Assembly (NCBI GenBank): GCA_963676915.2
Contig: CAXXVK010000060.1
Coordinates: 64,001 to 128,000, forward strand
Reading direction: 5' to 3'
Origin: Myxococcota bacterium
Lineage (GTDB): Bacteria; Myxococcota_A; SURF-8; G963663525
Length of the DNA: 64,000 bases
Positions 49,560-59,539 of the stretch are shown one piece after another; position 1 is the stretch's first letter; every line of letters starts with the position of its first letter. Made by a program: the position numbers and the translations under genes. The notes below the pieces were generated by a model. It was not told the origin of the DNA, ran no database searches, and was given only the letters and a program-made list of their open reading frames with translations.

Positions 49560-51752
49560 TTAGCGTTTTTTCGGTTTTTCCAGCGACAAGATCGGTTGCA
49601 ATTCATCCAGGCCATGCACGTCGGCGTAGCCCTGCCAGACACCGAAACACTGTGCGTCGAAGACACAACGAGCGCATTGGGGAGCTTTGATTTTTTCCCT
49701 TGCCACCATCCTTGTTCCGGCGTCGAGCGATTCTCCCGCCAGTTTCAACGATTGCAGACGCTGATACTCCAGCGAAAGTTCCCAGTGACCGGCGAAACGA
49801 CAGGGCGGAATGGTCAGTGCGTTGGTGATTTCCAGACCGGCGTCAATGGCTTTGTCAAGGGCACGCCCTAACGGTTCTTCGATCTGTGTGAACGTCGGCA
49901 GCAATTCGGGATGCTTTTTTCCTGCACCCATGTGCTGATTGAGCAGCACATCGATTTTCCGCACCCCTTGGAGTTCTCGTACGACGAAATCGACGAAATT
50001 TGGCAAATCCTCGCAATTTCGAGTGGTTATGACATGACTCAGCCCGACTCGGACACCGTGGCTCACTAAATTTCGAATGCCTTGAACTGTTTTTTTCCAG
50101 GTTCCGGGAACCTGGGTCAGTGCATCGGAAATCTCCGGCCTATGGGAATGCAGCGACACCATCGCCTCATCCAGGCCGCTTTCGGCCAACTCCCGAGCCA
50201 GACTTTCGTTTTCGAGTTTGACGGCGTTGGTTTGCAGCGCGACACGTAAGAAGCCTAAATCCTTCGCGAAACGAATCAGTCGGGGGAGGTCTTCGTGCAG
50301 TGTAGGTTCGCCGCCGGTGAGCGTCAGCCGGCGATTACCCAGTGAATACGCACGTTCGAGAACCTGCCGCGACCGTTTCGTATCATGGTGGATTTTCGAA
50401 TGTTTATCCGTTGCTACGTTGCAGAACAAACAACGTTGGTTGCAAACGTTGTCCAGCCGAAACACTTTTTCTTCCATCGAGGCCTGGCCGGGTCGTGGGG
50501 TAAACAGCTCCGCCAGTTCGTCGAGATCTCCGTTCGCTTTGGGAACAAGCTGTACACTGTCCAAAATACCCTGGGCGCTCAACGGATTGTAACGGGTGGC
50601 CTGCATGGCGAAACGGGTGAGCAGCCGGACGTCTTCGTCGAGAAACGTTTCCTTTTCCCATCCCTCCAAAAGCCTTTTGCGGTTTCGATTGAAGCTTTCG
50701 GCAATGGATGCAAGCTGCCGGTTTTCCACGGCTTTTTCCACGGCTTGGCCGTATTCGTCGAAACGCATTCGGGGAAGTGCTTCCCAGAATGCGTGCGAGC
50801 GATCGTCCGTGTCCCGGTAGGAGTCGATCAGACGGTGTGCCGTTCGCATGGCTTCTCGTCCGGCACGAGCGTTTTCCCAGGGGTGTCCCCCGCTACGGAC
50901 TAGCGCGACGAAATGTTGGATCATCGTATCGAAGGCGTTGCCGGATTCGAAAGGTACCGCCAGCGTTCGTCCCTTCGTTTTCAGGGTCAGTCGTTCGCGT
51001 GTTTCTTTCAGCATCCAGGTCAACTCTCCCCGTTCTCCCACCAATCGCAATGAACGCGACAACGGCTCGCCCGGGGTGTGACGAAGGATGAACTCTCCCG
51101 TTCCCCACTCGAAACGCAGCGTTGCCCGGCAACGTTCCCGACCTTCACGGGCGTCCAATTGGGAGGTTCTCAGACTTTCTACAGGCCCGCCGAAACGGTT
51201 GATCAAGTAGGACTGATGAACCAGACGCTGGTAGAGTTGCTCGAAATTCTGTTGGTTTCCTTCGCGTGAATCGCCTTTGGGACTGGACTCGCCCCCACGT
51301 TTTTCCACCGAAAGTTCGACCGGCGAACCGATCGCTCCTTTGGCGAACAACGCCGCCATTTTCAATAAAGCGGGCTGAAAAAGATCCGTATGACCGACCA
51401 GTAAAAATGCGTCGTTGGATTCGACCGCCTCCACGAGTTTTCCGGCCTCTTCGTCGGAATCGGCCAGCGGTTTTTCCACAAGTACCGGGATTCCCGCTTC
51501 AATACACTGCAAGGCTTGTTCGGCGTGCAAACGAGTCGGGGTGCAGAGACTGACGGCATCGGGCCGGAGATCGAGCAGGCGTTCCAGCGAGTCACAGACA
51601 CGGACCTTCCACCGAGCGGCAAAGCGTTCGGTCTTTTCCGTTTTTCCACCGACCACACCGACGAGTTCCACCCCGTCGATTTTGTCATATCCTTCGGCGT
51701 GGCGTGTGGCCGTGTATCCTGCACCGACGATGCCGATTCTCAAGGTTTTCAA
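49560..51752 (-). CDS. Gfo/Idh/MocA oxidoreductase fused to a radical SAM domain with a C-terminal auxiliary Cys motif
   Basis: TTG start at 51752 with AAAGGGAG RBS. Oxidoreductase: GIVGAG, TPTRLH, LVEKPL. Radical SAM: CNQRCLFC (50421-50444), TGGEPT, QTNA, IPPC and CARCVFDAQC. Confidence 0.85.
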   Translation of the reverse strand: MKTLRIGIVGAGYTATRHAEGYDKIDGVELVGVVGGKTEKTERFAARWKVRVCDSLERLLDLRPDAVSLCTPTRLHAEQALQCIEAGIPVLVEKPLADSDEEAGKLVEAVESNDAFLLVGHTDLFQPALLKMAALFAKGAIGSPVELSVEKRGGESSPKGDSREGNQQNFEQLYQRLVHQSYLINRFGGPVESLRTSQLDAREGRERCRATLRFEWGTGEFILRHTPGEPLSRSLRLVGERGELTWMLKETRERLTLKTKGRTLAVPFESGNAFDTMIQHFVALVRSGGHPWENARAGREAMRTAHRLIDSYRDTDDRSHAFWEALPRMRFDEYGQAVEKAVENRQLASIAESFNRNRKRLLEGWEKETFLDEDVRLLTRFAMQATRYNPLSAQGILDSVQLVPKANGDLDELAELFTPRPGQASMEEKVFRLDNVCNQRCLFCNVATDKHSKIHHDTKRSRQVLERAYSLGNRRLTLTGGEPTLHEDLPRLIRFAKDLGFLRVALQTNAVKLENESLARELAESGLDEAMVSLHSHRPEISDALTQVPGTWKKTVQGIRNLVSHGVRVGLSHVITTRNCEDLPNFVDFVVRELQGVRKIDVLLNQHMGAGKKHPELLPTFTQIEEPLGRALDKAIDAGLEITNALTIPPCRFAGHWELSLEYQRLQSLKLAGESLDAGTRMVAREKIKAPQCARCVFDAQCFGVWQGYADVHGLDELQPILSLEKPKKR

Positions 51753-52630
51753 AGGGTACTCCCTTTCTTTCGTGCTTGCAGCCAATCCGAAAGCGCTCGC
51801 CCGGCCAGTTCCAGCGCTGCAATTTGTCCTTGGTGGTCCAAAGGATGGGACGCCGTTTGCCGAAAGACGTTCACACTGTTTTCGAGCATTCGCCGTAGAC
51901 TTGCCTCGTCGGCGTGGAATTCCAGCGCTTGATTCGGAAAAGACATAAACATCGGCCGATCTCGGTTCTCGACGAATTCCACGCGCCAGCGTCCTCCGGT
52001 ACGAAATGCGAGTTCCAGCACCGGCTTGCCGTCGCACAGGCCGACTCGTCCTCCTTCGATCTCCAATGCCGAAGAGACGAGCAGGTTCATCAGTGGCAGA
52101 CAGGTGGCCAGAAAGGCGGGTTTGTCGGGTGGTTCCGGTCCGTTGTCGAACAATGCGGGCCATGCGCCCACCTGCACCACCAAAGGCGAGCCATCGGAAG
52201 CACCACGGAGCAGCGTTTCTATAAGCTCTTGATAATTCTCGTAAAAAAACTCCTGCTGACTGAAAACCAACGGCTTTTTCGATGTCTCGGCCAGGTCGAT
52301 CAGCCCTTTGAGGGCTTTGGTTTTGATCACCGGAGGCGATTCGAGAAACACCCCGATACCGCGTTCCAGCGCGGCCTGGGTAATTTCATGGTGCTTGCGA
52401 ATCGGTACGGCGATAAACACCGCATCGGGTCGTTGGCTGGCCATCATGTCGTGCCAGTCGGTGTACACGGGCATCTTCAAGTCGTCGCTGAGCCGAATTC
52501 CCTTGTGATGGTTCCGGGTAAACGCCGCCGATAAATTTACGTGGGACATTTGTCCCAGCGTTTTGCACAACAGGCGTCCTCTCGGACCCAATCCCAGTAC
52601 GGTTACATTTATCCTTTTGAACTCATTCAT
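51749..52630 (-). CDS. Degenerate Gfo/Idh/MocA-family protein
   Basis: VLGLGPRG, PDAVFIAVP..KH and ALERGIGVFLESPP; the stop overlaps the next start (TTGA). Confidence 0.72.
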   Translation of the reverse strand: MNEFKRINVTVLGLGPRGRLLCKTLGQMSHVNLSAAFTRNHHKGIRLSDDLKMPVYTDWHDMMASQRPDAVFIAVPIRKHHEITQAALERGIGVFLESPPVIKTKALKGLIDLAETSKKPLVFSQQEFFYENYQELIETLLRGASDGSPLVVQVGAWPALFDNGPEPPDKPAFLATCLPLMNLLVSSALEIEGGRVGLCDGKPVLELAFRTGGRWRVEFVENRDRPMFMSFPNQALEFHADEASLRRMLENSVNVFRQTASHPLDHQGQIAALELAGRALSDWLQARKKGSTL

Positions 52631-52757
52631 ATTTTTACATCCGAAAAACTTGTAAAAGTTCCGAAGCAAAAGCTTCGGGGTACCATCGTCTCACGAACTG
52701 AAAAGTCCGGGAGGCTGTGCAACCTGCTGAAAACACAGTCTTTAGCGCTTGACGTGT

Positions 52758-53236
52758 CGTAAAGACCGGTGACATAAGTAACAGGTTGATGATGTCTGCG
52801 AGACCTTTTTTTGCGTTTTTTTGAGGCATGGGCCAATGGGAAGGGGATGCGGATTGTTCCGAGGTCTTCCCGTATCGCGCCGGTTATCCCTGGCAAGTTG
52901 CGCGCCCGCAGAGCCGCTTCCGTTTCACCGGTCTTGTTCATGGTACGACTCCTTCCGTTCCCGGTCAAGGCGTCGCGGATGAAGCACAAGTGGGTTCGGC
53001 CCGCGTCCATCCAGAATCAAGACGCGAAAACGGGAGAAATACACGTTCCACACTCCGTCCGTTCGCTTTTCAAGATGGCGTGGACGGTGCTGGGCACGGA
53101 CCAGGTGATCTCGGGATGCCGTCGTTCGAGCACTCTTTGTAACGTACGTGCTCCCCACTCACGCAAATCAAGCGAACCTCCTTTGACAGACGTTCAGCGT
53201 ACCTGAAAAGTGTTACCTACGTCCCCGAACCAAACA
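52758..53236 (-). mobile_element. Internally deleted IS481-family remnant
   Basis: Imperfect 26-bp IRs (52758-52783 and 53211-53236, 17/26 match, ending GTAACA). Minus-strand fragments WGARTLQRVLERRHPEITWSVPSTVHAILK and DGVWNVYFSRF; no DDE core. Confidence 0.7.
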
Positions 53237-53472
53237 CCTCGCGGAGCAAGGAAGGCTGTGTTTTCCATGTGATGCACTCCTTGAATAACCCGTGACGACA
53301 CGATCCAACTTCTTTTTCGATATTCAAATATTTTGTCGTCTTGGCAGAATGATTGTCCTGTGGCATTGTACGAGAAACATCGGATTTTCCATTGACCGTT
53401 CGTCGGATCGCCTAGATAAATGAGGCACGACCCGTTGACCGTTCACACAAATGTTTTCCTGGAAAGTGACGA

Positions 53473-56019
53473 ATGATGGACGAGATTCAAGCGATGCTCG
53501 ACCGGGCAGTATCCCGGCGCGTGTTTCCCGGTGCGGTGCTTTGGCTGCGTCATGGCTCCCGACAATGGACGTTTTCGGCGGGAAAAACCGGCTATCTTCC
53601 TGATAGCCAGGCCGTCACTCCGGATACCCGCTACGACCTCGCCTCCCTGACCAAATCGCTGGCCACCGCCTCTGTCGCGGCGGCGCTCGTTCAAAACGGC
53701 ACTCTCGATCCTTTCGCCCCGGTGGCGTCGGTCGTCCCCGAATGGCGGGAATCCGACCGAAACGCCTTGAAAATCCACCACTTATTGCAGCACACCTCGG
53801 GGCTTCCCGCCTGGAAACCGCTGTACGAAACCTTGCAGCCGCAAAGAAACGTTCCCTCACCAGACTACGATGAGGAAGAATGGAAAAACGTCCGTGATTC
53901 CAAGCTGTTGCCTTTATTGAACGACCTGGAGCGCCACCATCCTCCAGGGGAGTGCGCTCTCTACAGCGACATGGGATTCCTGCTGTTGCAGATTGTTTTA
54001 GAGCGCCTGGGCAACGCCCGAATGGATGCCTTGTTCGAGACCCATGTGAAAACTCGTTTCAATGAATTGGCACTGACGTATGGTGGCCATTTCCCGAATG
54101 AAATCACGGCTCCCACCGAATTCTGTCCTTATCGCCTACGGATGATCCAAAGCGAAGTCCACGACACCAACGCCTGGTCGCTAGGCGGCATCGCTTCCCA
54201 TGCAGGACTGTTCGGCACGGCCAAAGCCGTGGCCACCGTTCTCGACGAATGGGCCGCCGCCTATCAAGGAAAAAGCAGGATTTTCGAAAGGGAAACCGTC
54301 TGCCGTTTCCTGATTCCCGACGACTACCCGCAGGCGACCTCGATGGTGTGGGGCTGGGATCGTCCCACCTTCAAAACATCATCTGCCGGGTTGCATATCT
54401 CCCCGCATTCGTTCGGTTTTCTCGGATTCACCGGAACGAGCGCATGGCACGATCCCGACCGGGATATCTCCGTCGTGCTGCTCACCAACCGGGTGCATCC
54501 ATCGTCCCAGGCGCTGGCGATTCGCCGCTTCCGACCTTTGTTGCATACGAAAATCTGGGAGATCCTCGGCGCTACCGAGTCCGGTCCCTGGGGTCCGCTG
54601 CCATCGAAAGACGAAACCCGCAGCATTCACTTTATCGGCATCGCCGGAACCGGCATGGGATCGCTGGCCGGACTGGCCAAGGAGGCCGGGTTCGAGGTCA
54701 CGGGTTCGGATGAAAACGTCTACCCGCCGATGTCCGAAGTTTTAGCGGACCAGGGAATCGAGGTCAAAACGCCGTTTTCGGCAGAAAACCTCGACGGTAA
54801 AAGCGACCTCGTGGTGGTGGGTAACGTCTGCACGCGAAATCACGAAGAAGCGCTGACGGTTCGTCGTAAACAACTGGCTTACGACAGCTTCGCAGGGGCA
54901 TTGTCCCGGCTGTTTCTGGTCGAGCGTCGTCCGCTGGTCGTGGCCGGAACCCACGGAAAAACCACCACCAGTTCGATTCTACATTGGTTGTTGCACGAAA
55001 CCGGCGCCGATCCGGGCTACCTTATCGGTGGCCGGGTTCCGCCTTTCAACCGGGGATTCCGTTGGGGTTCTGGAGATTATTTCGTAGTCGAAGGCGACGA
55101 ATACGACAGCGCTTATTTCGATAAAGCCCCGAAATTCCTGCACTATCGTCCGCAACACGCCATCATTACTTCCTGTGAATTCGACCACGCCGACATCTAC
55201 GACGATGCGGACGAAATCGAGGCACGGTTTCGACAATTCGCGAATCTCGTCCCGGCCTCCGGCGTCATCGCCGCTTGCTGGGACTGGCCTCGCGTGCGTC
55301 GAGCCGTTTCCGAGGCACAGGCGCGAATCGTTTCCTACGGACTTCACGCCGACGCCGAGTGGCGTCCCGAAGTGCTGGCTTTCGAGGAAAACGGCACCCG
55401 TTTTCGTATCATCCAGGGAACAAAAGTACGACTTGAAGCCCACTGGCCGCAGGGAGGCATGCACAACCTGCTCAATCTTTGCGCAACGTTGATCCTGCTC
55501 GACGCCATAGGGGTGGATTTCGAGAAACTGCCGAAAGCGCTGGAACGATTCGAAGGAGTGGACCGGCGTCAGCAAGTTCTTGAAATCGTAAACGATATCA
55601 GAATTATAGACGATTTTGCCCACCATCCTACCGCCATTGAGGTAACGCTCGACGCCCTGAAGAACCGCTATCCCAAAGGACGGCTGGTGGCGGTGTTCGA
55701 TCCTCGCACCAACACCACGAGCCGCAACGTGTTGCAGCATGAACTGGAAACCTGCTGGAGCTGTGCGGACGCCGTGTTCGTCGGGCCTCCTTCACGCCCG
55801 GATCGCATCGCCCCGGAGCATCGGCTCGACGTGCACCATCTCGTAACCTCCCTGCGGCAACGCTCGAAACCGGCCTGTGCGGAGGAATCTCCGGATGCCC
55901 TGCTCCCAAAGGTGTTGGAGTTCGTTCATCCCGGTGACACGGTGGCGGTGTTATCCAACGGAGGCTTCGGCGGCTTTCACCGCAAACTGATCGAGGCGCT
56001 TGGAAAAACCAAGGGTTGA
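53473..56019 (+). CDS. mpl: Fusion of a beta-lactamase-fold serine hydrolase with murein peptide ligase Mpl
   Basis: N-half: FPGA, DLASLTK (SxxK), LLQHTSG, YSDMGF, VHDTNA, HAGLF, LLTNRVHP. C-half: IHFIGIAGTGM, VYPPMS, GTHGKTTT, EGDEYDSAYFDK, EFDHADIY, DDFAHHPTAI, SNGGFGG. Confidence 0.88.
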   Translation: MMDEIQAMLDRAVSRRVFPGAVLWLRHGSRQWTFSAGKTGYLPDSQAVTPDTRYDLASLTKSLATASVAAALVQNGTLDPFAPVASVVPEWRESDRNALKIHHLLQHTSGLPAWKPLYETLQPQRNVPSPDYDEEEWKNVRDSKLLPLLNDLERHHPPGECALYSDMGFLLLQIVLERLGNARMDALFETHVKTRFNELALTYGGHFPNEITAPTEFCPYRLRMIQSEVHDTNAWSLGGIASHAGLFGTAKAVATVLDEWAAAYQGKSRIFERETVCRFLIPDDYPQATSMVWGWDRPTFKTSSAGLHISPHSFGFLGFTGTSAWHDPDRDISVVLLTNRVHPSSQALAIRRFRPLLHTKIWEILGATESGPWGPLPSKDETRSIHFIGIAGTGMGSLAGLAKEAGFEVTGSDENVYPPMSEVLADQGIEVKTPFSAENLDGKSDLVVVGNVCTRNHEEALTVRRKQLAYDSFAGALSRLFLVERRPLVVAGTHGKTTTSSILHWLLHETGADPGYLIGGRVPPFNRGFRWGSGDYFVVEGDEYDSAYFDKAPKFLHYRPQHAIITSCEFDHADIYDDADEIEARFRQFANLVPASGVIAACWDWPRVRRAVSEAQARIVSYGLHADAEWRPEVLAFEENGTRFRIIQGTKVRLEAHWPQGGMHNLLNLCATLILLDAIGVDFEKLPKALERFEGVDRRQQVLEIVNDIRIIDDFAHHPTAIEVTLDALKNRYPKGRLVAVFDPRTNTTSRNVLQHELETCWSCADAVFVGPPSRPDRIAPEHRLDVHHLVTSLRQRSKPACAEESPDALLPKVLEFVHPGDTVAVLSNGGFGGFHRKLIEALGKTKG

Positions 56020-56124
56020 GCTTACCGATAGTTCCGGCTATAGTGATCGTCTTACAGGGAAACGGCGCTTGTTCGTGGTCGAAGGGACCATGTACCCGTT
56101 TCGTTTGCAATTGATACCGGTGCC

Positions 56125-57750
56125 ATGAATCGTTCGATTGTTGCAACTACTATGGCGATGCTTTTGGGGTGCTTCGTCCTGCTTTCCACCGCCTGCTGGG
56201 AAACCGATTCCGGCCTGGGTGTTGTGGACGTTTTCAACGTGACGGTACCCGCCGAGCAGGTTCGGGGAGATATTTCCGTACGCTACGTGCTGCGGGCCGA
56301 TCCGGCGCAACTGGTTCAAATTGCAGTGGAATACTGCCTTTCCGACGATACCTGCCTTGAGGCGACACCCGCCGTTTCCGGTGGTGCCGGTTTCGGCATG
56401 GCCGCTGAACCATCGGGTTCGCGACACGAATTCGTATGGGATAGTTTTGCCGACCTTGGAAACCAAGAGCAGTCGTTGACCGTTCGGGTGCGAGCCGCCA
56501 ACAACCATTTGGAAACACAGGGAATTTCGGTCTCTTTCGTCGTCGTCAACAACAACCTCACCCCAAGTATCGAAGGCAAAATCCCGGAAAATAAAAGCCT
56601 CCCGGCTTCCGTGGCGTTTTCCGTATCCGATCCCGAAGACGATCCCGTATCGGTTCGCGGGGAATACTCGCTGGACTCCGGTTCGACTTGGAAGGATGCA
56701 TCGCTAGTTGGAACGCTCGATGCACTCGATTCCAGTGAAAACGCCGGTTCAACCGAGGTTTTCTGGAATGCCGCCGAAGACTTAGGTACGGCAGGATTCG
56801 ACAACCTGCGCTTGAAACTGATACCCAGCGACACGTTGGGAGACGGAACACCGTGGATCAGCGATTCGTTTTCCCTTCCAAATGAGGCGACTCCGACGCT
56901 CGTTCTCGTTTCGCCTTCCAGCGCCGTCCGGTACGACGTGCCATTGCAGTTCACGCTGTTCGGTAACGCAGATGAGCGCTACTCGGTGTTTTTCCGTTAT
57001 TCGATGGACGGTTCGGAGTATTTCGACGCCAGCCAACAGGCTTCGGCGGTGGATGGCGCGACCCGCTTGAGAGCCGATGCTCGGGGAGTGGAACATCTGT
57101 TTACCTGGGATTCCGTCGCCGACCTCGGGCAAAGCACAGCTCGTGGACTGGTTGTGGAAGCTTCGTTGGCCGATGCGTATGGCAAGTTGCTGGAAGACAT
57201 CTCCGTGCGACGAACAGACGCCTTCGATGTGGTGAACAGCCCGGTGTCCGTTGGACCGCTGATCAGTGAAATCTGCCTGCACGACGCCGACGGTCCTGGT
57301 TTTGTGGAAATCTACGGGCAACCCGGCTACCTGCTCGACGGCATCCGTCTGTTGGAATTCGACCGCCGGGGTGTGGATTACATTCCGATGAACCGGGGGT
57401 ATGTCGATCTCGACGGAATAGAAATTCCCGAAAGCGGGCTGGTGGTCGTCACCGCTCCGGGTGGATACGACGCCGCCGACCTCATCGAGGGCCGTTTCGC
57501 CAGCTTTTTCGAGATCCCGCCGCCGGAAAGTCTCGTTCTGACCCGACCTGCCGTGGACAATAGCTATGACCGCGTGGGAATGGGCAATTTCGCCGATGCG
57601 GGTTACGTCTTCGCGGGGGAAGGCTCACCCGCTCCGTATCCCGGAGACGGCCTCTGCCTGCACCGCGTGTTCAGCAATACCGATTCGGACGACAATTCGG
57701 TGGATTTCGTGCTGGCTCCGCCATCTCCCGGAGAAGGCTTCGTCTGGTAA
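56125..57750 (+). CDS. Lipoprotein with three Ig-like repeats and a C-terminal lamin-tail-like domain
   Basis: Lipobox STAC; repeats ending FVWDSFADLG / VFWNAAEDLG / FTWDSVADLG; ISEI...FVEIYG...DSDDNSVDF..PSPG. Confidence 0.65.
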   Translation: MNRSIVATTMAMLLGCFVLLSTACWETDSGLGVVDVFNVTVPAEQVRGDISVRYVLRADPAQLVQIAVEYCLSDDTCLEATPAVSGGAGFGMAAEPSGSRHEFVWDSFADLGNQEQSLTVRVRAANNHLETQGISVSFVVVNNNLTPSIEGKIPENKSLPASVAFSVSDPEDDPVSVRGEYSLDSGSTWKDASLVGTLDALDSSENAGSTEVFWNAAEDLGTAGFDNLRLKLIPSDTLGDGTPWISDSFSLPNEATPTLVLVSPSSAVRYDVPLQFTLFGNADERYSVFFRYSMDGSEYFDASQQASAVDGATRLRADARGVEHLFTWDSVADLGQSTARGLVVEASLADAYGKLLEDISVRRTDAFDVVNSPVSVGPLISEICLHDADGPGFVEIYGQPGYLLDGIRLLEFDRRGVDYIPMNRGYVDLDGIEIPESGLVVVTAPGGYDAADLIEGRFASFFEIPPPESLVLTRPAVDNSYDRVGMGNFADAGYVFAGEGSPAPYPGDGLCLHRVFSNTDSDDNSVDFVLAPPSPGEGFVW

Positions 57751-57756
57751 CAACCC

Positions 57757-59292
57757 GTGATCCCAAGGATCGATTACATGCGTAACATCCCGGTTTCAAA
57801 CGTTTTTGCGATTTTCCTATTGTCGGCTTCGTTGCTGGTCGGCTGGGCCTGTTCGGATGACGGAGACTCCCAAGGACCGTCTGACGAAGATATCGACAAC
57901 TCCGAAGTGGCAGATTCGGACATGGAGCCGGAAACAAGAGGAAGAAGCCTTGCCGACCTGCCAAACCGAAGGATGTACGGGCGGGTGGATCTGCGACGAA
58001 ACCACAGAGATTTGCCGGGAATGCACTACCAACGACGAATGCGCCGCACAGTATACCACCGAAGGTTTTTTGCGTTGCGAACAGGGCGCTTGCGTGACGT
58101 ATTCCTGCTCGGCTCCCGAACTACCCGACCCCTTTCCCGCCGCCTCTCCTTATAGCGGCTGGCCTAATCCCCGGCTGGATGCCGACCGTCAACTGATCGT
58201 GCAATACCTGGATTCTCCCATGCGTCTGTTCCCATTGGGCATCGAGGGAATTTCGATGGACAAAATGGACGAAGCGAAAGAGGCCGGGTTTACATTTATC
58301 AAAGCGAATACCGCTTGTTGCAGCGTGACATCGCTCGATGAACAACTCAATTACCTGCGAAAAGGCAATGCAGAAGGACTATATGTCGTGCTGAAACCTT
58401 TCGATCCTCCCTGGCAGGTCGAAGACCCTTACGACGCTTTCTGTTTTGCAGGCTCTAAGCGACCGTGTCTCAGTGGACAGCCAGTCGTTGCTCTTGTGGC
58501 TCGGGTTCGAGCACCCATCTGTGGTTTTTAAAGGACGAGACGATTTCTCCAGTTATTTCGATAAGATGAAGCAGGCCGTTGTACGAAATCGATGATTCGC
58601 AAAACCGGCCGATGGTCGTGTCGGATCTTCCAGGAACATCGCTGGCTCAACGTGCGTCCGATGCCGCGATTTTATGGCCCACTCTCCCATACGATCCCGC
58701 AGAGGCATATACGGAAATTCTCTCCATGCGCACCGCCCTTCCCAATACGACCATCTGGGCGCGGCTTCCCGTCGTTCCTTCGGAATGGATCGACTGCCTG
58801 CAAAACGATACCTGCCCTCCGGCACAAACCGGGGACGGACCGGACATGGATACCCTGAAACGGCTCGGTATGGCGGCTTTGGCCGCCGGTGCGGACGGCC
58901 TCGTGATGTGGGGTTACGAATACGCCGCCTACACGCTGGACGACCGCCCCGCTCGTTGGGAACAACTCAAAGGGCTGGCCTCGTGGTTCGACGAACGCAG
59001 CGGCGTGTTTATGGCCGGAATTCCCAGTCAGATCATGGCTGTGGATAACACTAGCATAGGTGTTTTTCAGCGTGAAACCGACAAGTTGCATTACGCCTAT
59101 CTCGTCAATCCGACAACCGGGCCGATTTCTGCAAAAGTGACGCTTCCCGGTGACGAAGGCTTGCGCTGTCTTGCGGGAATCGAAGGCTCGGACATGGAAT
59201 TGACCGCAGATCTCGTGCAGGACGTAACGCTGCAAGGTGGGGAAATCAGGCGAATTACCCTTGGAGAACCACGCAGGATAGAGCAGAAATAA
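57757..59292 (+). pseudogene. Lipoprotein with a possible glycoside-hydrolase-like barrel, split by three frameshifts
   Basis: Lipobox GWAC and acidic/Cys-rich N-terminus. Frames switch near 57933, 58440 and 58578. Motifs FPLG..., AKEAGF, D..RPMV and ALAAGADGLVMWGY. Confidence 0.55.
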
Positions 59293-59463
59293 GTGGTTTC
59301 CGCACGTGTGACGATAACAGACAACGGGTGGCACGGTCCAAGCGGCGTGAAACGTCAGGTTGCCCGTGATCGAACGATGACCATGAGCAACCTGCGGTTC
59401 GCCCATACCACCCACTTAAAGACAAAGTATAACGGCTATAAACAACCCGCGACGATACGATCT

Positions 59464-59501
59464 AAAAAAAAACCGCCGGATCGTTTTGATCCGGCGGTTT
59501 T
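59464..59501. terminator. Bidirectional terminator between convergent genes
   Basis: AAAAAAAACCGCCGGATC-GTTTT-GATCCGGCGGTTTT. Confidence 0.8.
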
Positions 59502-59539
59502 CGTTTGTCGAAAATTCGTTCTGCTGTCGTCTTCTCGTT

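Noticed and set aside
51753-52163. N-terminal extension of the 867-aa ORF (likewise 19949-20116, 15645-15773, 29034-29198, 34347-34448)
   Set aside because: These extensions overlap neighbouring genes or intergenic DNA; downstream starts fit RBS, overlap or domain boundaries better.
52743-53268. RBS plus ATG at 53268 (-) as an IS-interrupted precursor peptide for the radical SAM enzyme
   Set aside because: Removing the IS remnant gives only MENTAFLAPRGHVKR with no RiPP-like core, and the RBS/ATG lies inside the outer inverted repeat.
53392-53444. 10-bp direct repeat TTGACCGTTC upstream of the mpl fusion
   Set aside because: Two copies 43 bp apart with no other support; cannot be called an operator.
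53473-54560. Class C beta-lactamase resistance gene
   Set aside because: No signal peptide, no KTG motif, and fused to a cytoplasmic ligase; only the fold is shared.
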